Positions 11,901 through 24,139 of a stretch of DNA of 64,000 nucleotides are shown here, piece after piece. This stretch comes from Octopus vulgaris (Eukaryota): positions 51,894,001 through 51,958,000 of the forward strand of contig OX597824.1 in assembly GCA_951406725.2 (NCBI GenBank). The letters run 5' to 3'. Positions within the stretch are counted from its first letter, which is position 1. Each line of letters opens with the position of its first letter. Both the position numbers and the translations under genes were made by a program. A model generated the notes under the pieces. The model saw nothing but the letters and a program-made list of their open reading frames with translations. It was not told the origin of the DNA and did not search any database.

Positions 11901-13148
11901 CGAGGGGCGTTCACTTGCAGTTGTTTGATCTAGCTGAAATTTTGCATGTGCACTTATTTATATCTCTATAGATTAAGTGGCGAATTACAGCTCTGAACTA
12001 ATTGTGGTTTCTGTTTACAGGTGTTCGAACTGAGTCAAGTGTGAAATGGAGCCTGTTGAGTGTCGAGCAGTGATCTGGTTTTTGTATTTGAAAGGACGCA
12101 CACCACGGGAGACTTTTGATGAAATGAAAGTAACTTATGGTGATGATGCCCCATCATATGACCTTGTAAAACGCTGGCATTGTGAATTCAAACATAGTCG
12201 GAACTCTGTGGAAATAGCTCCCAGATCTGGTCGCCCCCTTCTGCCGTTGATGAGACGTCTGTCCATCAAGTTGAGGCTGCCATTTTGGAAGGTCAACGCA
12301 TAACTATTCGCCAAATAGCCCGTAAGGTCAAGATTAGTACCGGGTCTGTGGAAACTATCATTCATGACCATTTGCATATGCAAAAGGTGTCTGCCAGATG
12401 GATTTCCAGGTTGCTCACACCTTTCCAGAAGCAAGAACGCGTTGAGTGCTCGAGGATGAATTTGGAGATGTGCCAAGAAGATGAGTTAAAATTTTTCAAA
12501 AGACTGATCACACTGGATAAAACCTGGATCCATCACTATGATCCATAGACCAAAGCCCAGTCGATGCAGTGAAAGCACCGTGACGCACCTCCTCCAAAGA
12601 AGGCAAGGGTGCAGCCCTCCGCTGACAAGGTTATGCTCACAGTCTTCTGGGACCAGGACGGAGTAGTGATGACAGATTTCCTGGCAAAGAGTACCACAAT
12701 TACAGGAGCCTATTATGCTTCACTTTTGAGGAAATTAAGAGAAGCTATCAAAATCAAGAGGCGGGGCAAGATCAGCAAAGGCATCCTCCTCCTGCAGGAC
12801 AACGCTCCGGTCCACAACTCGCGTGTCGCCAGATCAGAAGCACAGGCGTGCAGCTATGAACTCCTCCCCTTGCACCCTCTAATTGTCACCTCTTCCCAGC
12901 CATGAAGTTGATTTTGAAAGGAAAGCGTTTCCCAGATGATGCAGCCTTGATTTCTGAAGTCACGTCGTGGTTGGAGGACCCAGCTGGGGTCTTCTACAAA
13001 AACGGTCTCCAGAGCTGTCTCAAACGATGGGAGAAATGCATAACTCTGGGTAGTTCCTATGTAGGAAAAGACTAATAACTGTGCCAAGTGTCGTTGCTCT
13101 ACTGCTATGGGAAGTAGGTCAGGGGCATTACTTATTGAACGCCCCTCG
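11901..13148 (+). mobile_element. mariner transposon, defective copy 1
   Basis: TA-flanked; 3' TIR GGTCAGGGGCATTACTTATTGAACGCCCCTCG, 5' TIR reduced to CGAGGGGCGTTCA; transposase 12046-about 13075 with HTH, ITLDKTWIHHYDP, KVMLTVFWD and LQDNAPVH motifs; frameshifts, stops and a deletion in the YSPDLAP region. Confidence 0.95.
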
Positions 13149-13154
13149 TATATG

Positions 13155-13219
<65 letters not shown>

Positions 13220-13236
13220 TTATATATATATATATA

Positions 13237-13294
13237 CATACAAAATAGATAGATGGATAGATACTCACACACAAACATAAGCATACATAGTTTA

Positions 13295-13337
<43 letters not shown>

Positions 13338-13377
13338 CTACATATGTATGTATGTATATATATATATATATATTTAA

Positions 13378-13432
<55 letters not shown>

Positions 13433-13519
13433 CATACATACATACAAAATAGATAGATGGATAGATACTCACACACAAACATAAGCATACATACATATGT
13501 ATATATATATATATATATA

Positions 13520-13565
<46 letters not shown>

Positions 13566-13642
13566 ATATATTATATATATATATATATATATACATACAA
13601 AATAGATAGATGGATAGATACTCACACACAAACATAAGCTAC

Positions 13643-13649
<7 letters not shown>
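13237..13649 (+). repeat. Three copies of an about 55-bp unit separated by (TA)n tracts
   Basis: CATACAAAATAGATAGATGGATAGATACTCACACACAAACATAAGC at about 13237, 13441 and 13594. Confidence 0.85.
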
Positions 13650-13685
<36 letters not shown>

Positions 13686-13864
13686 GTATGTATCTGTGTC
13701 TTTCTCATCACATGACAATCGTTGTTGGTTTGTTTACGTCCCTGTAACTTAGTGTTTCGACAAAAGAGACATAGAAAAAGTAACAGACTTAAAGTAAGTT
13801 CTAAGATTTGTACCACTAAATACCTTATCGAGATGCCCCGCATGGTCAATCTAATGACTAAGGA

Positions 13865-13929
<65 letters not shown>

Positions 13930-14471
13930 TAGACATACATACACAAAGATATGGTTGCACGAAACAGCGTTGACTAAGATATATTCTAGAGCCGACAGGT
14001 ACATCATGAGCCAACTGAATTCAACAGCCGGTGTTTTCTGGGCTCGTTCATTCTACAAGGCTTTGACTGGTCTCGGAATTTCTGGTATACTAAAGAGAAC
14101 GTTTACTCCAGGCACAAGGCTCGAAATTTTGGTGGAGGGGGCCATTCGATTAGATCCACTCCAGTACGCAACTGGTACTTAATTTATCGACCCGAAAGGA
14201 TGAAAAGCAAAGTCGACCTCGACGGAATGCTGTACTAAAGAGAACGGCCATAAATTCTAACTTAAAGATGCAAGGAAGGCTATCATAGGTGGCTTTGGAT
14301 AAAAAGGGCAAACCGGTAGTTTGCTCCAATTGGAATATAAGCTGGGACTAGATCAGCTCTGGTTAGGTCAATTGGGTGAAGGGATCTGATTTTGAAAGGC
14401 GTGAAGCACCTTGCGACGCCGTAAGCACCTCTAATGATGCATTCCAGAGTATGCGTGAGATATGCCCTGGA

Positions 14472-14550
<79 letters not shown>

Positions 14551-14625
14551 ATATATCCTATATACATACCATATATATAATATATTATCTATCTATCTCT
14601 ATCTATCTATCTATCTATCTATCTA

Positions 14626-14674
<49 letters not shown>

Positions 14675-14771
14675 CGGGAAGCTTTATGAAAATAGACAAA
14701 AGACGAAGGCAGGTGGAAAACAAACGAACAATTGTATTAGTATGGCGCTCAGGAAATATAAATAAAACAAG

Positions 14772-14809
14772 TCTTTAACGTTTCGAGCCTACGCTCTTCA
14801 ACAGAAAGA
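14772..14809 (-). ncRNA. Minimal hammerhead variant (CUGUUGA core) in Penelope pLTR
   Basis: ucuuu CUGUUGA a gagc-guag-gcuc GAAA cg UU aaaga; sense to the Penelope ORF and downstream of it. Confidence 0.7.
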
Positions 14810-15041
14810 TACACAGAGAGAGAAAAACACAGAAAGAAGGAGAGAAAAAAATGCGTGCAGTAGCTAACGAATCAACATGGCGATCTGATTTCGGCCAGAG
14901 GTCAAAGATCAAACATGAGACGCTAGAGCGAAATAAGGGGAGATAATAGGGTTGATAAAAGGGTTGAGGGACCAGCTAAAAGTGCGTGGGAGGGGTCTGG
15001 ATGTGTGTATGTATAGGGTTGGTGTATGTATTAGTATGTAT

Positions 15042-15076
<35 letters not shown>

Positions 15077-15314
15077 AGAGAGTATTAGTGCGTAGGATTG
15101 GTCTGGACGTGCGTATGTATGGGATTGGTGTATGTATTAGTATGTATTAGTATGTATTAGTACGTATTGGTATGTATAGGTGTGTGTGTGTGTGTGAGAG
15201 AGAGTATAAGTGCGTATGCGGGGTCTGGACGTGTGTATGTATAGGGTTGGTGTAAGTATTAGTATGTACTAGTATGTATTAGTACGTATTAGTATGTATT
15301 AGTTGGTGTGTGTA

Positions 15315-16673
15315 TTAGTATGGCACATCATATGTGATGTGATGTGTAAAGTCATGTGGTGTAGTGAGGAGAAGAGGGGAGGGGGAGAAGAGGGGGAGAG
15401 AGGGGGAGGGGAAGAAGAGGGGGAGGAGAAGGGGAAGAGGAGAGGATGGGGAAGAAGGAAGGGGAGGAGGGGGATGAAGGAGGAAAGAGGGAGAGGGGGA
15501 GAGAGAAGGGGAGAGAGGGAGTGAGGGAGCAGAGGGAAGGGGAAGAGGGAGGGAGAAAGAGGGAAGAAGGGAAGGGGAGTAGGGGTGAAACGGATGAAGG
15601 ACTGAAGAAGTAGGGGTCGGGGGGGAGAAAGGATAGGTGAGGAGGGGGAGAGGGGGGGTTAGATGAGGAGGTGGGGGAGAGTTGAGACCAAATGGCGTAT
15701 AAGAGCGAAGAGAGAAGATTAATTCCTGTTCACGGCGCAAACGGGAATCCGGATGGCCTCTGTGTAAGGACAAACCGAACACAGATAGGTGTTGCAAGGA
15801 GTGACCGGTGGAGCGGAAATGGCGTGAGACCGGTGTGTCGTTCGCAAGGTGGATGTCACGAAGGTGTTCCGCGAACCGGTCAGCCAAGCGGCGTCCCGTT
15901 TGTCCGATGTAGAAGGAATTGCAGAGAGAGCAAGAGATGCAATAGATAATATTGCTGGAGGTGCAGGTGAAGGAGTGGATGATGGGATAGGGTCGATGGT
16001 GGGTGCTAGTGAGGCGGGTGGTGTTGGAGAGGTAAGGGCAAGTGCGGCAACGTGGGCGGGAGCAGGGGAACGAGCCGGGTTGGGAGGTAGGGTCAGGGAA
16101 GGAGCTATGGACCAAAAGGTCTCGAAGGTTGTGGGCTCGTTTGAAAGAGGGGAGGGGTCGGTTAGGGAAGAGGTGTGAAGTGGACGGGTCGGACTGGAGA
16201 TGACGGAAAGCTCGAAGAATGGTGCGTTGGAGACGTAGGGTCGTGGGGTGGTAAGTGAGGGGAAAAGGGAGGCGGGAGACTACAGGGCGGGTTCGGGGAG
16301 AGAGAGCAGATACACGGTCCACGGACCGTGCTCTGGCAAGGGCGGTGTGGATAGTGGTGAGGGGGTATCCACGTAGGGTGAAGTGGTGAGCCATACGTTG
16401 AGACTGAGTCTCAAAGTCATGGTCGTCACTACAGAGCCTACGTAGACGGAGGAATTGGGAATAGGGGATGGAAAGCTTGGTGTGTTCTGGGTGGGAGGAA
16501 GAGAAGTTGAGGTATGAGTGTGAGTCTGTGTGTTTGTAGTGAATGGAGGTGGTAAGAGTGGAGTGAAGAATGCTAACCGAAATGTCGAGGAAGGAGACAG
16601 AGGTGTTGGAGATAGTGAAAGTGAAGTGGAGGGCTGGATGGAAAGATTGGACGAAAGAGAGGAAGGAATCTAG
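15315..16673 (-). CDS. Penelope RT (C-terminal part) plus GIY-YIG endonuclease, 5'-truncated open frame
   Basis: The frame of ORF 15315..16394 stays open 93 codons upstream (FHPALHFT..SFLDI..YKHTDSHSYL..SSHP..SIPYSQFLRLRRLCS); linker PCSRPRCRTC; NIIYCISC..C..FYIGQTGRRLADRFAEH; ends PFGLN at about 15680, the remainder being low-complexity read-through. Confidence 0.9.
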   Translation of the reverse strand, partial: LDSFLSFVQSFHPALHFTFTISNTSVSFLDISVSILHSTLTTSIHYKHTDSHSYLNFSSSHPEHTKLSIPYSQFLRLRRLCSDDHDFETQSQRMAHHFTLRGYPLTTIHTALARARSVDRVSALSPRTRPVVSRLPFPLTYHPTTLRLQRTILRAFRHLQSDPSTSHLFPNRPLPSFKRAHNLRDLLVHSSFPDPTSQPGSFPCSRPRCRTCPYLSNTTRLTSTHHRPYPIIHSFTCTSSNIIYCISCSLCNSFYIGQTGRRLADRFAEHLRDIHLANDTPVSRHFRSTGHSLQHLSVFGLSLHRGHPDSRLRREQELIFSLRSYTPFGLNSPPPPHLTPPLPLLTYPFSPPTPTSSVLHPFHPYSPSLLPSFSLPLPLPSAPSLPLSPSLSPSPSFLLHPPPPLPSSPSSPLPLLLPLFFPSPSLPLFSPSPLLLTTPHDFTHHITYDVPY

Positions 16674-16699
16674 ATATATATATATATATATATATAATA

Positions 16700-16846
16700 C
16701 AAAGCAATTACAAAGGATACGGAAACTGGTACATTTTCAAAGTTTTCTTTTAATTTTAACAGTTAATTATATAGTATGATTAACTGAGGAAATTAAAAGA
16801 AAAATTTGTAGATGTACAAGTCTCCGTATTTTCTGTAATTGTTTTG
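16700..16846. repeat. Imperfect hairpin of about 147 nt
   Basis: Arms of about 70 nt centred near 16773 (CAGTTAATTATA-TAG-TATGATTAACTG); probably an inverted PLE end. Confidence 0.75.
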
Positions 16847-17118
16847 GATTTACACTCCCAGAAAATTTTCATAATTCAGTGAAGCGAACCTAAAAGCATT
16901 ACAGCGAAATTGTTCACTCTAAACAAGCCTTCATGCTTCTTGCTACCAGATGTGGTTAGTCGAAACCTAGATTGTACATGAGAGCACTTACGGTACCCAC
17001 TTGGATAATTTATCGCTATATATTCATCATATATATGTATATAATTAATACATGTATTGATAAAAACGGTAAGATAACAAAAGAAAGAGACCTCGATATT
17101 ACGTAAATAGAAGGAATT

Positions 17119-17331
17119 TATCTGTAAATGTAATATGTGGCAATTATTCGGTAGCCAAGATAAAACTCCGAGTTTCTGTTGCCGAGGTGGAAATCCACGC
17201 CACCATCTTTTCAGTTATCCAACCATCGGAAAAACGCTATGAAGGGATGGTGGCGTGGATTTCCACCTCGGCATCCGAAACTCGGTGTTTTATCTTGGCT
17301 ACCGAATAATTGTCACATATTACATTTACAG

Positions 17332-17334
<3 letters not shown>
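17119..17334. mobile_element. Inverted pair of PLE-type ends, each with a degenerate HHR
   Basis: 17119-17207 is the reverse complement of 17246-17334 with few mismatches; adjoins (TA)n. Confidence 0.7.
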
Positions 17335-17384
<50 letters not shown>

Positions 17385-17409
17385 TGTATGTATGTATGTA
17401 TGTATATAA

Positions 17410-18620
17410 CTAGCAGAGATACCCGGCGTTGCTCGGGATTAAAATGGAGTAGTTTGTATATAATATATACAAACAAGTTATGTTGAAATACATAATATGG
17501 GAAAGTGCAGCATTGACAACAAAACATTTGTGGAGTAAATGATGGGCGAATTCGACTAAGCAACATGCTATGCGTCTGTTTAGAGTGTATCAGGCCCTAA
17601 CCTGTCATGAAAAATGGGGGTGAGGTGGGGATTATGTGATTTTTGAACGCACCGAAAAGCTGTCAGCGGAGATACTCTCTTTTGCAGCAGTCGGCGCTGT
17701 GTCTAACACGACTTATCATCTGAAATTTTAACACCTCCTTCAGGTTTGTTGTCCTACATCATTCATAAAGTAAATTTGGAGGAAACTGTGGTTGTTCGTT
17801 TTGGGGTAACAGGGAACCAATGAGGGGAAAGACTTGCCCCTGAACTTTGACGTCGGCATAAATTTATGTTTATCTATCTTCTTTGAGGCACCAAACGATG
17901 TCATTTGAAATGTAGTTGTCTGATATTGTTCAGAAAATCCTCTGACTGGATGGAAGTGCCTTCTAGAAGATCCATAAGAGGTTGAGAAGAGGTAGTGCTG
18001 GCAATGTTACCTGACCGCCTGAGCAGCACATACCATTTGTTTCATTTGAAAATTTTAAAGCTCTGGAGAAACGATAATTTGTGTTTAGCACACCAATTTC
18101 GACAGAGTTATTATATTTATAAGCATGGGATGTATCATATCTGAAAACAGCTTCAGGAGTTGTGAAGAACGAATTTGTACGTAGTCTGTTTCTGAGAGCT
18201 ATTCTATTGGACCTCTGTCTAATCATTAAAACATTGATTAATGATCCAGCATTAACTGCTGCAACATGCATTTGCTGATCTTGTGGAGATGTTTGGTGAT
18301 TGTATGTGATGCTTACTTTTGATTGTTTCTTCTCAATAAGGATAACTGATTGATAACCAATCTTAACACAAAATATATTCGGACATCATAAGAGAGACAA
18401 AGAAAGGAAAGAAGCGAGACAGCATAGCGACGGTTTTGGCTGACTGTCATCCTGCTCTCCCCTTGTTGCTTTTATTAGCGGAACAAACAGGACAAAAAGA
18501 TTACAAAAATGGTGATTCTCACTTTGAAACTCACAATTCTGAAAATGTTTAAAATTTATGCACGATCGGTTGAACAATACTCGAGTTATAAGCGCACAGA
18601 CAGACAAACAGACAGAACGG

Positions 18621-18630
<10 letters not shown>
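17410..18630 (-). mobile_element. Helitron, internally deleted
   Basis: 3' hairpin CCCGAGCAACGCCGGG followed by CTAG|T; (CTGT)n near the 5' end; decayed N-terminal RepHel motifs MCCSGGQVTLP, FSE.IR..FQMTSFGA and GQVFPLIGSL. Confidence 0.88.
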
Positions 18631-18672
<42 letters not shown>

Positions 18673-19060
18673 GAACATACACACACATTCACAGAGAATG
18701 CATGTATATACACATATACACGTGCTTATTGAATATCTATATATGTCTCTATACATTCATATATACATGTGTATATACATACATATGTATGTAAGTATGT
18801 ATATATGTATGTATATGGAGGCATGTTGCTTAGTGGTTAGGTTGTTGCACTTATGATCGTAAGAACGTCGTTGACCAGGTGATACGTTGTATTCTTGAAT
18901 AAAATACTTCATTTCATGTTCCTCCAGTCTACTCAGTTGACAAAAAAAAAAAGAGTAATCAGTAATCCTGCGACAGACCAGCCTGAAATAAATGTGCAAG
19001 CCTCGAAGAATGTGGGAAACTGGCCTTATGAGCCTATGATTCGGGGGATACTTTCGATAC

Positions 19061-19129
<69 letters not shown>

Positions 19130-19139
19130 CAGCAATGTA

Positions 19140-19312
19140 ACTACACACATGCTGTTGGCGATTTATCTTCCCTCTTTGGACTTTTTCCTTTCTGCTTTCC
19201 GACAGAGAGCTATGCTCGAAACGTCAACTCTCTCTTTTAACCGAGCGTGAAACTAATACAGTCCTTGTGCACGTCCATTTGTTGTTCGTTAATTTCATTC
19301 GTTTATTTGAAT
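19140..19312 (+). mobile_element. Solo Penelope pLTR fragment with decayed HHR
   Basis: GAGAGCTATGCTCGAAACGTCAA resembles the 14772 and 8511 motifs; core mutated (CCGACAGA); between (TA)n tracts. Confidence 0.65.
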
Positions 19313-19333
19313 TTATATATATATATACATACA

Positions 19334-19409
<76 letters not shown>

Positions 19410-19450
19410 CATATATGATATGCTATATATATATACATATATTACATATT

Positions 19451-19674
19451 ACAAAAATCACCCGACAGTAAATCAAAATCCATAAATACTACCTGTAATT
19501 CTGTATTGACTCGAATGCAAAAATGTATCGGTCAAGAATGACTCCCAGTTTGAACAATTTTCACGATCTTACATATTTAGATGCTTATATTAAATTCATT
19601 CAGTTGTTAAACATAAATATATCTTGGAATTAAATGGTTTTGATTTACTGTCAGGTGATTTTTTGCCAACTCTG
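19451..19674. mobile_element. Tc1/mariner-type MITE
   Basis: TIR AAAATCACCCGACAGTAAATCAAAA / TTTTGATTTACTGTCAGGTGATTTTTTGCCAACTCTG|TA; sister copy in opposite orientation at 46912-47162. Confidence 0.75.
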
Positions 19675-20453
19675 TATACATATATGTATATGTATGTTTG
19701 TGTGCTTGTGTGTGTGTGTATGTGTGTTTGTGTGGAGAAAAGTATAACATTTTTGACCCTCGAAGCAATTAAGAGCATTATGTGAATGTAAGTGAGAAAA
19801 AAAGACAGTGGGAGATAGAGAGAGGGGAAGGTGAGAGAGAGTGAGACTGAACCTAAAACCATGTGGTTGCAAAGTTAGCTTCTTAACCACACAGCCATGT
19901 CTGTAGTGCTTGATTATATTGAAGGTGGTGGTAATGGTAATGATAATAATTTTAATGATGGTGGTGACGAAGACGACGACGATGAGGATGATGATGATGA
20001 TAATGATGATGGAGAGCCGAGGTCTTGTTGAGCAACTGAGATAGTAGTAGATACATTAAAGGCAGTCGTGTTGGTAATGGTGATCGTGGGCTTAGGATAT
20101 GGAAATAATTTTAATGATGGTGGTACTGTCGGTATGGTAAAGGTGTTGCAATTTGTGGACGATAGAGATAGTAGTATTGGTGGTGGTGATGGTGTTGGTG
20201 GAGGTGGTGGTGGTGGTAGTGGTGGTGGTGGTAGTGTTAGTGGTGTTGGTGATATTAATAATATGTGTTAGTTGAAGCAGTTACCAGGCCAACATTAACA
20301 TCCGTTGTGCACGTGGTTTGCGTTCTCCATATAACTCCCCATCACATACACACACACTGACACACACAGACCCCCAACACACACGCACACACACAAACGC
20401 ACATTCACAGGAAATTCAACATATGCAGCATTAAAGTGTTATACTATTCCTAA

Positions 20454-20510
<57 letters not shown>

Positions 20511-20629
20511 GTTGCTGCTGCCGATGAAGCTGCTGCAGTCAAATTTTTCATCCTTTTTCATTTTATAAAAGGAAATCGTCAGTAACTGCAAGAAGATTCT
20601 TTAAAACTCTTTGAAGGCCTTAAAATTCC

Positions 20630-21370
20630 TTTGTTGTTGTCTTGATCGTTCAGGTTTAGCTTCAGGTCATCCCTTGTCAGAAGAGATCTATGATCTAATG
20701 TGTTCTAATTGTGATAATCCCATCACTTTGTTTGTTATGGTAGTGAATTCATTATCGATATGCTCTACTTTATATTACAGACGATGTGATTTAAGAGAGA
20801 CATAGTTGCTCTTTTAGTCGTTCAAGCGGCTTCGTATAAAGCTCCCTCGTTCGTTCCTTTTTTGTATTGTTTGATATCGGAGTCTAATTTTACGGCAGCA
20901 TTAACAGTGACAAGTAAGAACCTTTACGTGGACGAACAACTTGCTACAAATAGCATTCACATTTCACTCGAATCACAATCTATAGTCTACAAGAAAAAGG
21001 AAACATTGAATAATGTAGTTGTAAACAAATAGAAAGATGAGATGGTCATGGCTGGCTGGTATGACTTCGATTATAAGACTCTTCAATGAAGGATAACTTG
21101 GAGCTAAGTGATAACAACAACAATAACAGCAACAGCAAGAGTAAATCAGACGCGGCAGCGGCAGTAGCAACAGCGGCGGTGGTGGCATAAATGCAGGCAT
21201 GTCTCCTGATCAACCTTCTTAGAGAAAATCTATGATGAAAGGCATTCCAGCCATGACCTCGTATTTTTTATACATCTGGCACTACACTGGCGGAGCAATG
21301 TTATTTGATGGAGATTTGGCTGCTATTTCTTAGAGCTCGAGCAACGTCGTGGAAACTTTTCCACTGGCTC
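20630..21370. mobile_element. Cluster of diverged fragments of a third SINE-like family
   Basis: Recurring motif AGGTCA..CTGATC..CTATGAT.AAAGG..TTCCAGCCATGACC in both orientations; also at about 43845-43920. Confidence 0.55.
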
Positions 21371-22289
21371 GCTCACATTGCGTGTTTATAGATGCGTCAA
21401 TGTAAACTTGCAATATGATAAATAATGTTTGGAGTGACCTGACCAAAATAAAGTTGAAATTTAACTGATAAAATGAATATCCTGCAAACCATTGATTCTT
21501 ATATTAAAGATTAGGGAGAGGGGCTTTTCTACGGAGAAGGACCTTGATACTTACAACAGTAAATAGTAATGTTTAATGGTACCTGTTTGACGGTCGAGGT
21601 CTGAGCCATTAAGCATTCTGTCTTTATCAACAACATAGTACAACGAAGCATTGGGAATGATATCTAAACATTCCCGCATTCCATCTGCCAGTCATAGAAA
21701 GAGCAATCTTAATTAATATACATTTCCTCATCATAAAGAAATAATATTTTCAAGTTCTGGTACAAGGCCAGCAATTTCAGGGGCATTTCGTCCGTCATCA
21801 CGTTCTCAGTTCAAATTCCGATAAAATATGTACCAATTGAACATTGGGGTCACTGTAATCGACATACCTGCTCCCTTAAATTTCTAGCCTTGTGCTAAAA
21901 TTTGAAATCAATTTAATCGATTATGTCAGAGACATGATCAAAATTATATGTTATTGCTTTTACATAGCAGCAAAGCCACAAAATGTTAGAAGAGGCAGTA
22001 GTCAATTTGAAGAAGACTAATATATAACTGGTAGACATTTCATCGACCCTAGTATTTCACTGGTACTTAATTTATCGACCCCGAAAGGCAAAATCAACCT
22101 CAGCTAAATTTGAACTCAGTACGTAAAGACGTACGAAATGTCGATAAGCATTTCGTCCGGCGCGCTACGATTCTGCCAGCTCACCACTTTAATAACAACA
22201 GCAACAATAATAATGGGGTAAATAGGTGTACGCGAGATAATGTTTGGCGGTATAAAATTACAAGTTGATATCATTACATTAGAGAAATA

Positions 22290-23500
22290 ATGAGGGATAC
22301 AAGTACTTAGGATACCCAGGACAATAGTGTAAGGAAAGGAGAAATGAGAGAGAAAAAGTCTCCAAGAATACAAGAGAAGAATTAGAAAGTTGCTTGGAAC
22401 AAAATTAGAGTCATTAAAGCAATGAAAACATGGGCTATGTCAGTATTAATGTATTCTATTCCTTTTCTAAAATGTGCAAAGGCAGGGTATAATATAAAAC
22501 TAGGAAGCTGCTCACAATGCAGAACGCACACCACGCCGAAACCAATATGAAGGCTGCTAAAGATGATAAAACGTCGAAGTCGCCATCTGCGATATTAGGG
22601 TTGAAAAATTGTTATATGTCGTGAAGGAAGAATACTATCGGCGGCTAGAAATATCCAAAAAGAAGTTGCTGAAACAGTAGGAGTATTCAAGAACAGGAAA
22701 AAGAACAATAGAACAAGCACTTGGAAAGAAATGGAATCAGATATCCAATTCATGCAACAAAGCGAAGATACTGGAAGTAAAGAATGCTGTTTATGGCAGA
22801 CAGATGGAAACCTGAAGCGAGAAACCGAATCGCTAATTATAACTGCTTAAGGACAACCTATTAAAACGAATTTGATAAAGGCAAAGATTGATAAAACTCA
22901 AGCAGACGCAGTGTCTGCCGGAAAGGAGACGTAAATATTAATTATCTCTAAGTGAAATTAGTATGCTGGCGCAAAAAAATGAATAAGAAAAAAAAAAGGA
23001 TTATAAACGCAGGCGTGAATGTGTCGGTAAAGGAATCGATTGGAATATTAACTAGTTAGTGCGTAGATTCAAAGTATCAGATAAGTGGTATGAACACGAG
23101 CTAGAGGCTGTAATGGAGATTAATAATTAGAGAATTTTATGGGATTTTTCCAAAAACACTGACCATATTTTCGAAGCAAAATGACCAGGTGTGATTGCAG
23201 AAGACTAACAGGTAAAAGAAAAAAAGGGTGGGGGAACAAAAAAACAGTGTAAGATCACAGACTTTGCAATATCCCATGATAAGAAATTGAGAAGACAGAA
23301 ATAGTAGGACCCAGCCAGACAGATGAAGAGATTGTGGAAGTTTAAGATGACAATTGTTCCTGTACAACCTACAAACTGCTGCCTGGGAGGCTAAAGGATA
23401 ATGGAATTGAGGCTTGCATTGTAAACCAGCAGAAAAGTGCCATCTAGTATTCTGAATGCATCCAAAGACTCTTGAGATATGAGGAAACTTGTTGTCACCA
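22290..23500 (+). mobile_element. R4/Dong-type (RLE) non-LTR retrotransposon, decayed 3' part
   Basis: YKYLG, IKAMKTWAMSVLMYS, KTRKLLTM, LKRETESLII, IKTNLIKAKIDK, WYEHE and RILWDF motifs with many frameshifts. Confidence 0.85.
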
Positions 23501-24139
23501 AACCTGAAAAGAACATCTCTGCTGGATAATATAGCACATAATAGCTTTAAGAATGGTGATAATTTCTTTCAGGACTTTGGGGACAGTAAAAGAACAATGG
23601 GGTTTACACAGACTGCAAATGCTCGAAAACAGCAAAAACAATATATAACAATAAAATAGCATAAAAATTATGTCCAATGGAGCGGGGATAGACATTTAGT
23701 AGGAAAACACCACACAATGCTTCAGGTTACTCTACTGCATCAAAGACCCCAAAATTATCATCCACGCAGTCCCTTTATTTCTGTTTACAATTGCATAATC
23801 ATTTAACCTCACATATTTCACTGCCTTTCCCTACCTTTCGGAAAAAATACAAGAGGATAGCATTTTATTCTCATCCATTCTTCCATTTTCAAATGGTACT
23901 TAAAGAAATACACGAGCGCTTGACCAGAAAGGAAAAAAAGTTCATTAGTTTATCAATTTTTTTTAACCTCGTGTACCACAGAGCATTCTTAATCTTTAAG
24001 TTGAGAAAAACTAGTTAATCTTCCTTACCAAAAGCTGATAGCCAGAAACTGTCAATCACATAGACGCTGGAAGCTTGACACAAAGTCACAAATCTGTCCA
24101 GCACAGACACTGAAGGAAAACACGCTTCTTAAACAGGTT

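Larger units (their letters stand above)
14673..16673 (-). mobile_element. 5'-truncated Penelope-like retroelement (Neptune-like)
   Basis: Flanked by (TA)n on both sides; RT C-terminus, Cys linker and GIY-YIG ORF followed by a C-rich and tandem-repeat 3' region and a pLTR with HHR. Confidence 0.93.

Noticed and set aside
13237-13649. CRISPR-like repeat-spacer pattern
   Set aside because: Eukaryotic context, spacers are (TA)n, only three units and no cas genes.
15692-16178. Plus-strand ORFs 15692..15949 and 15849..16178
   Set aside because: Antisense shadows of the Penelope ORF.
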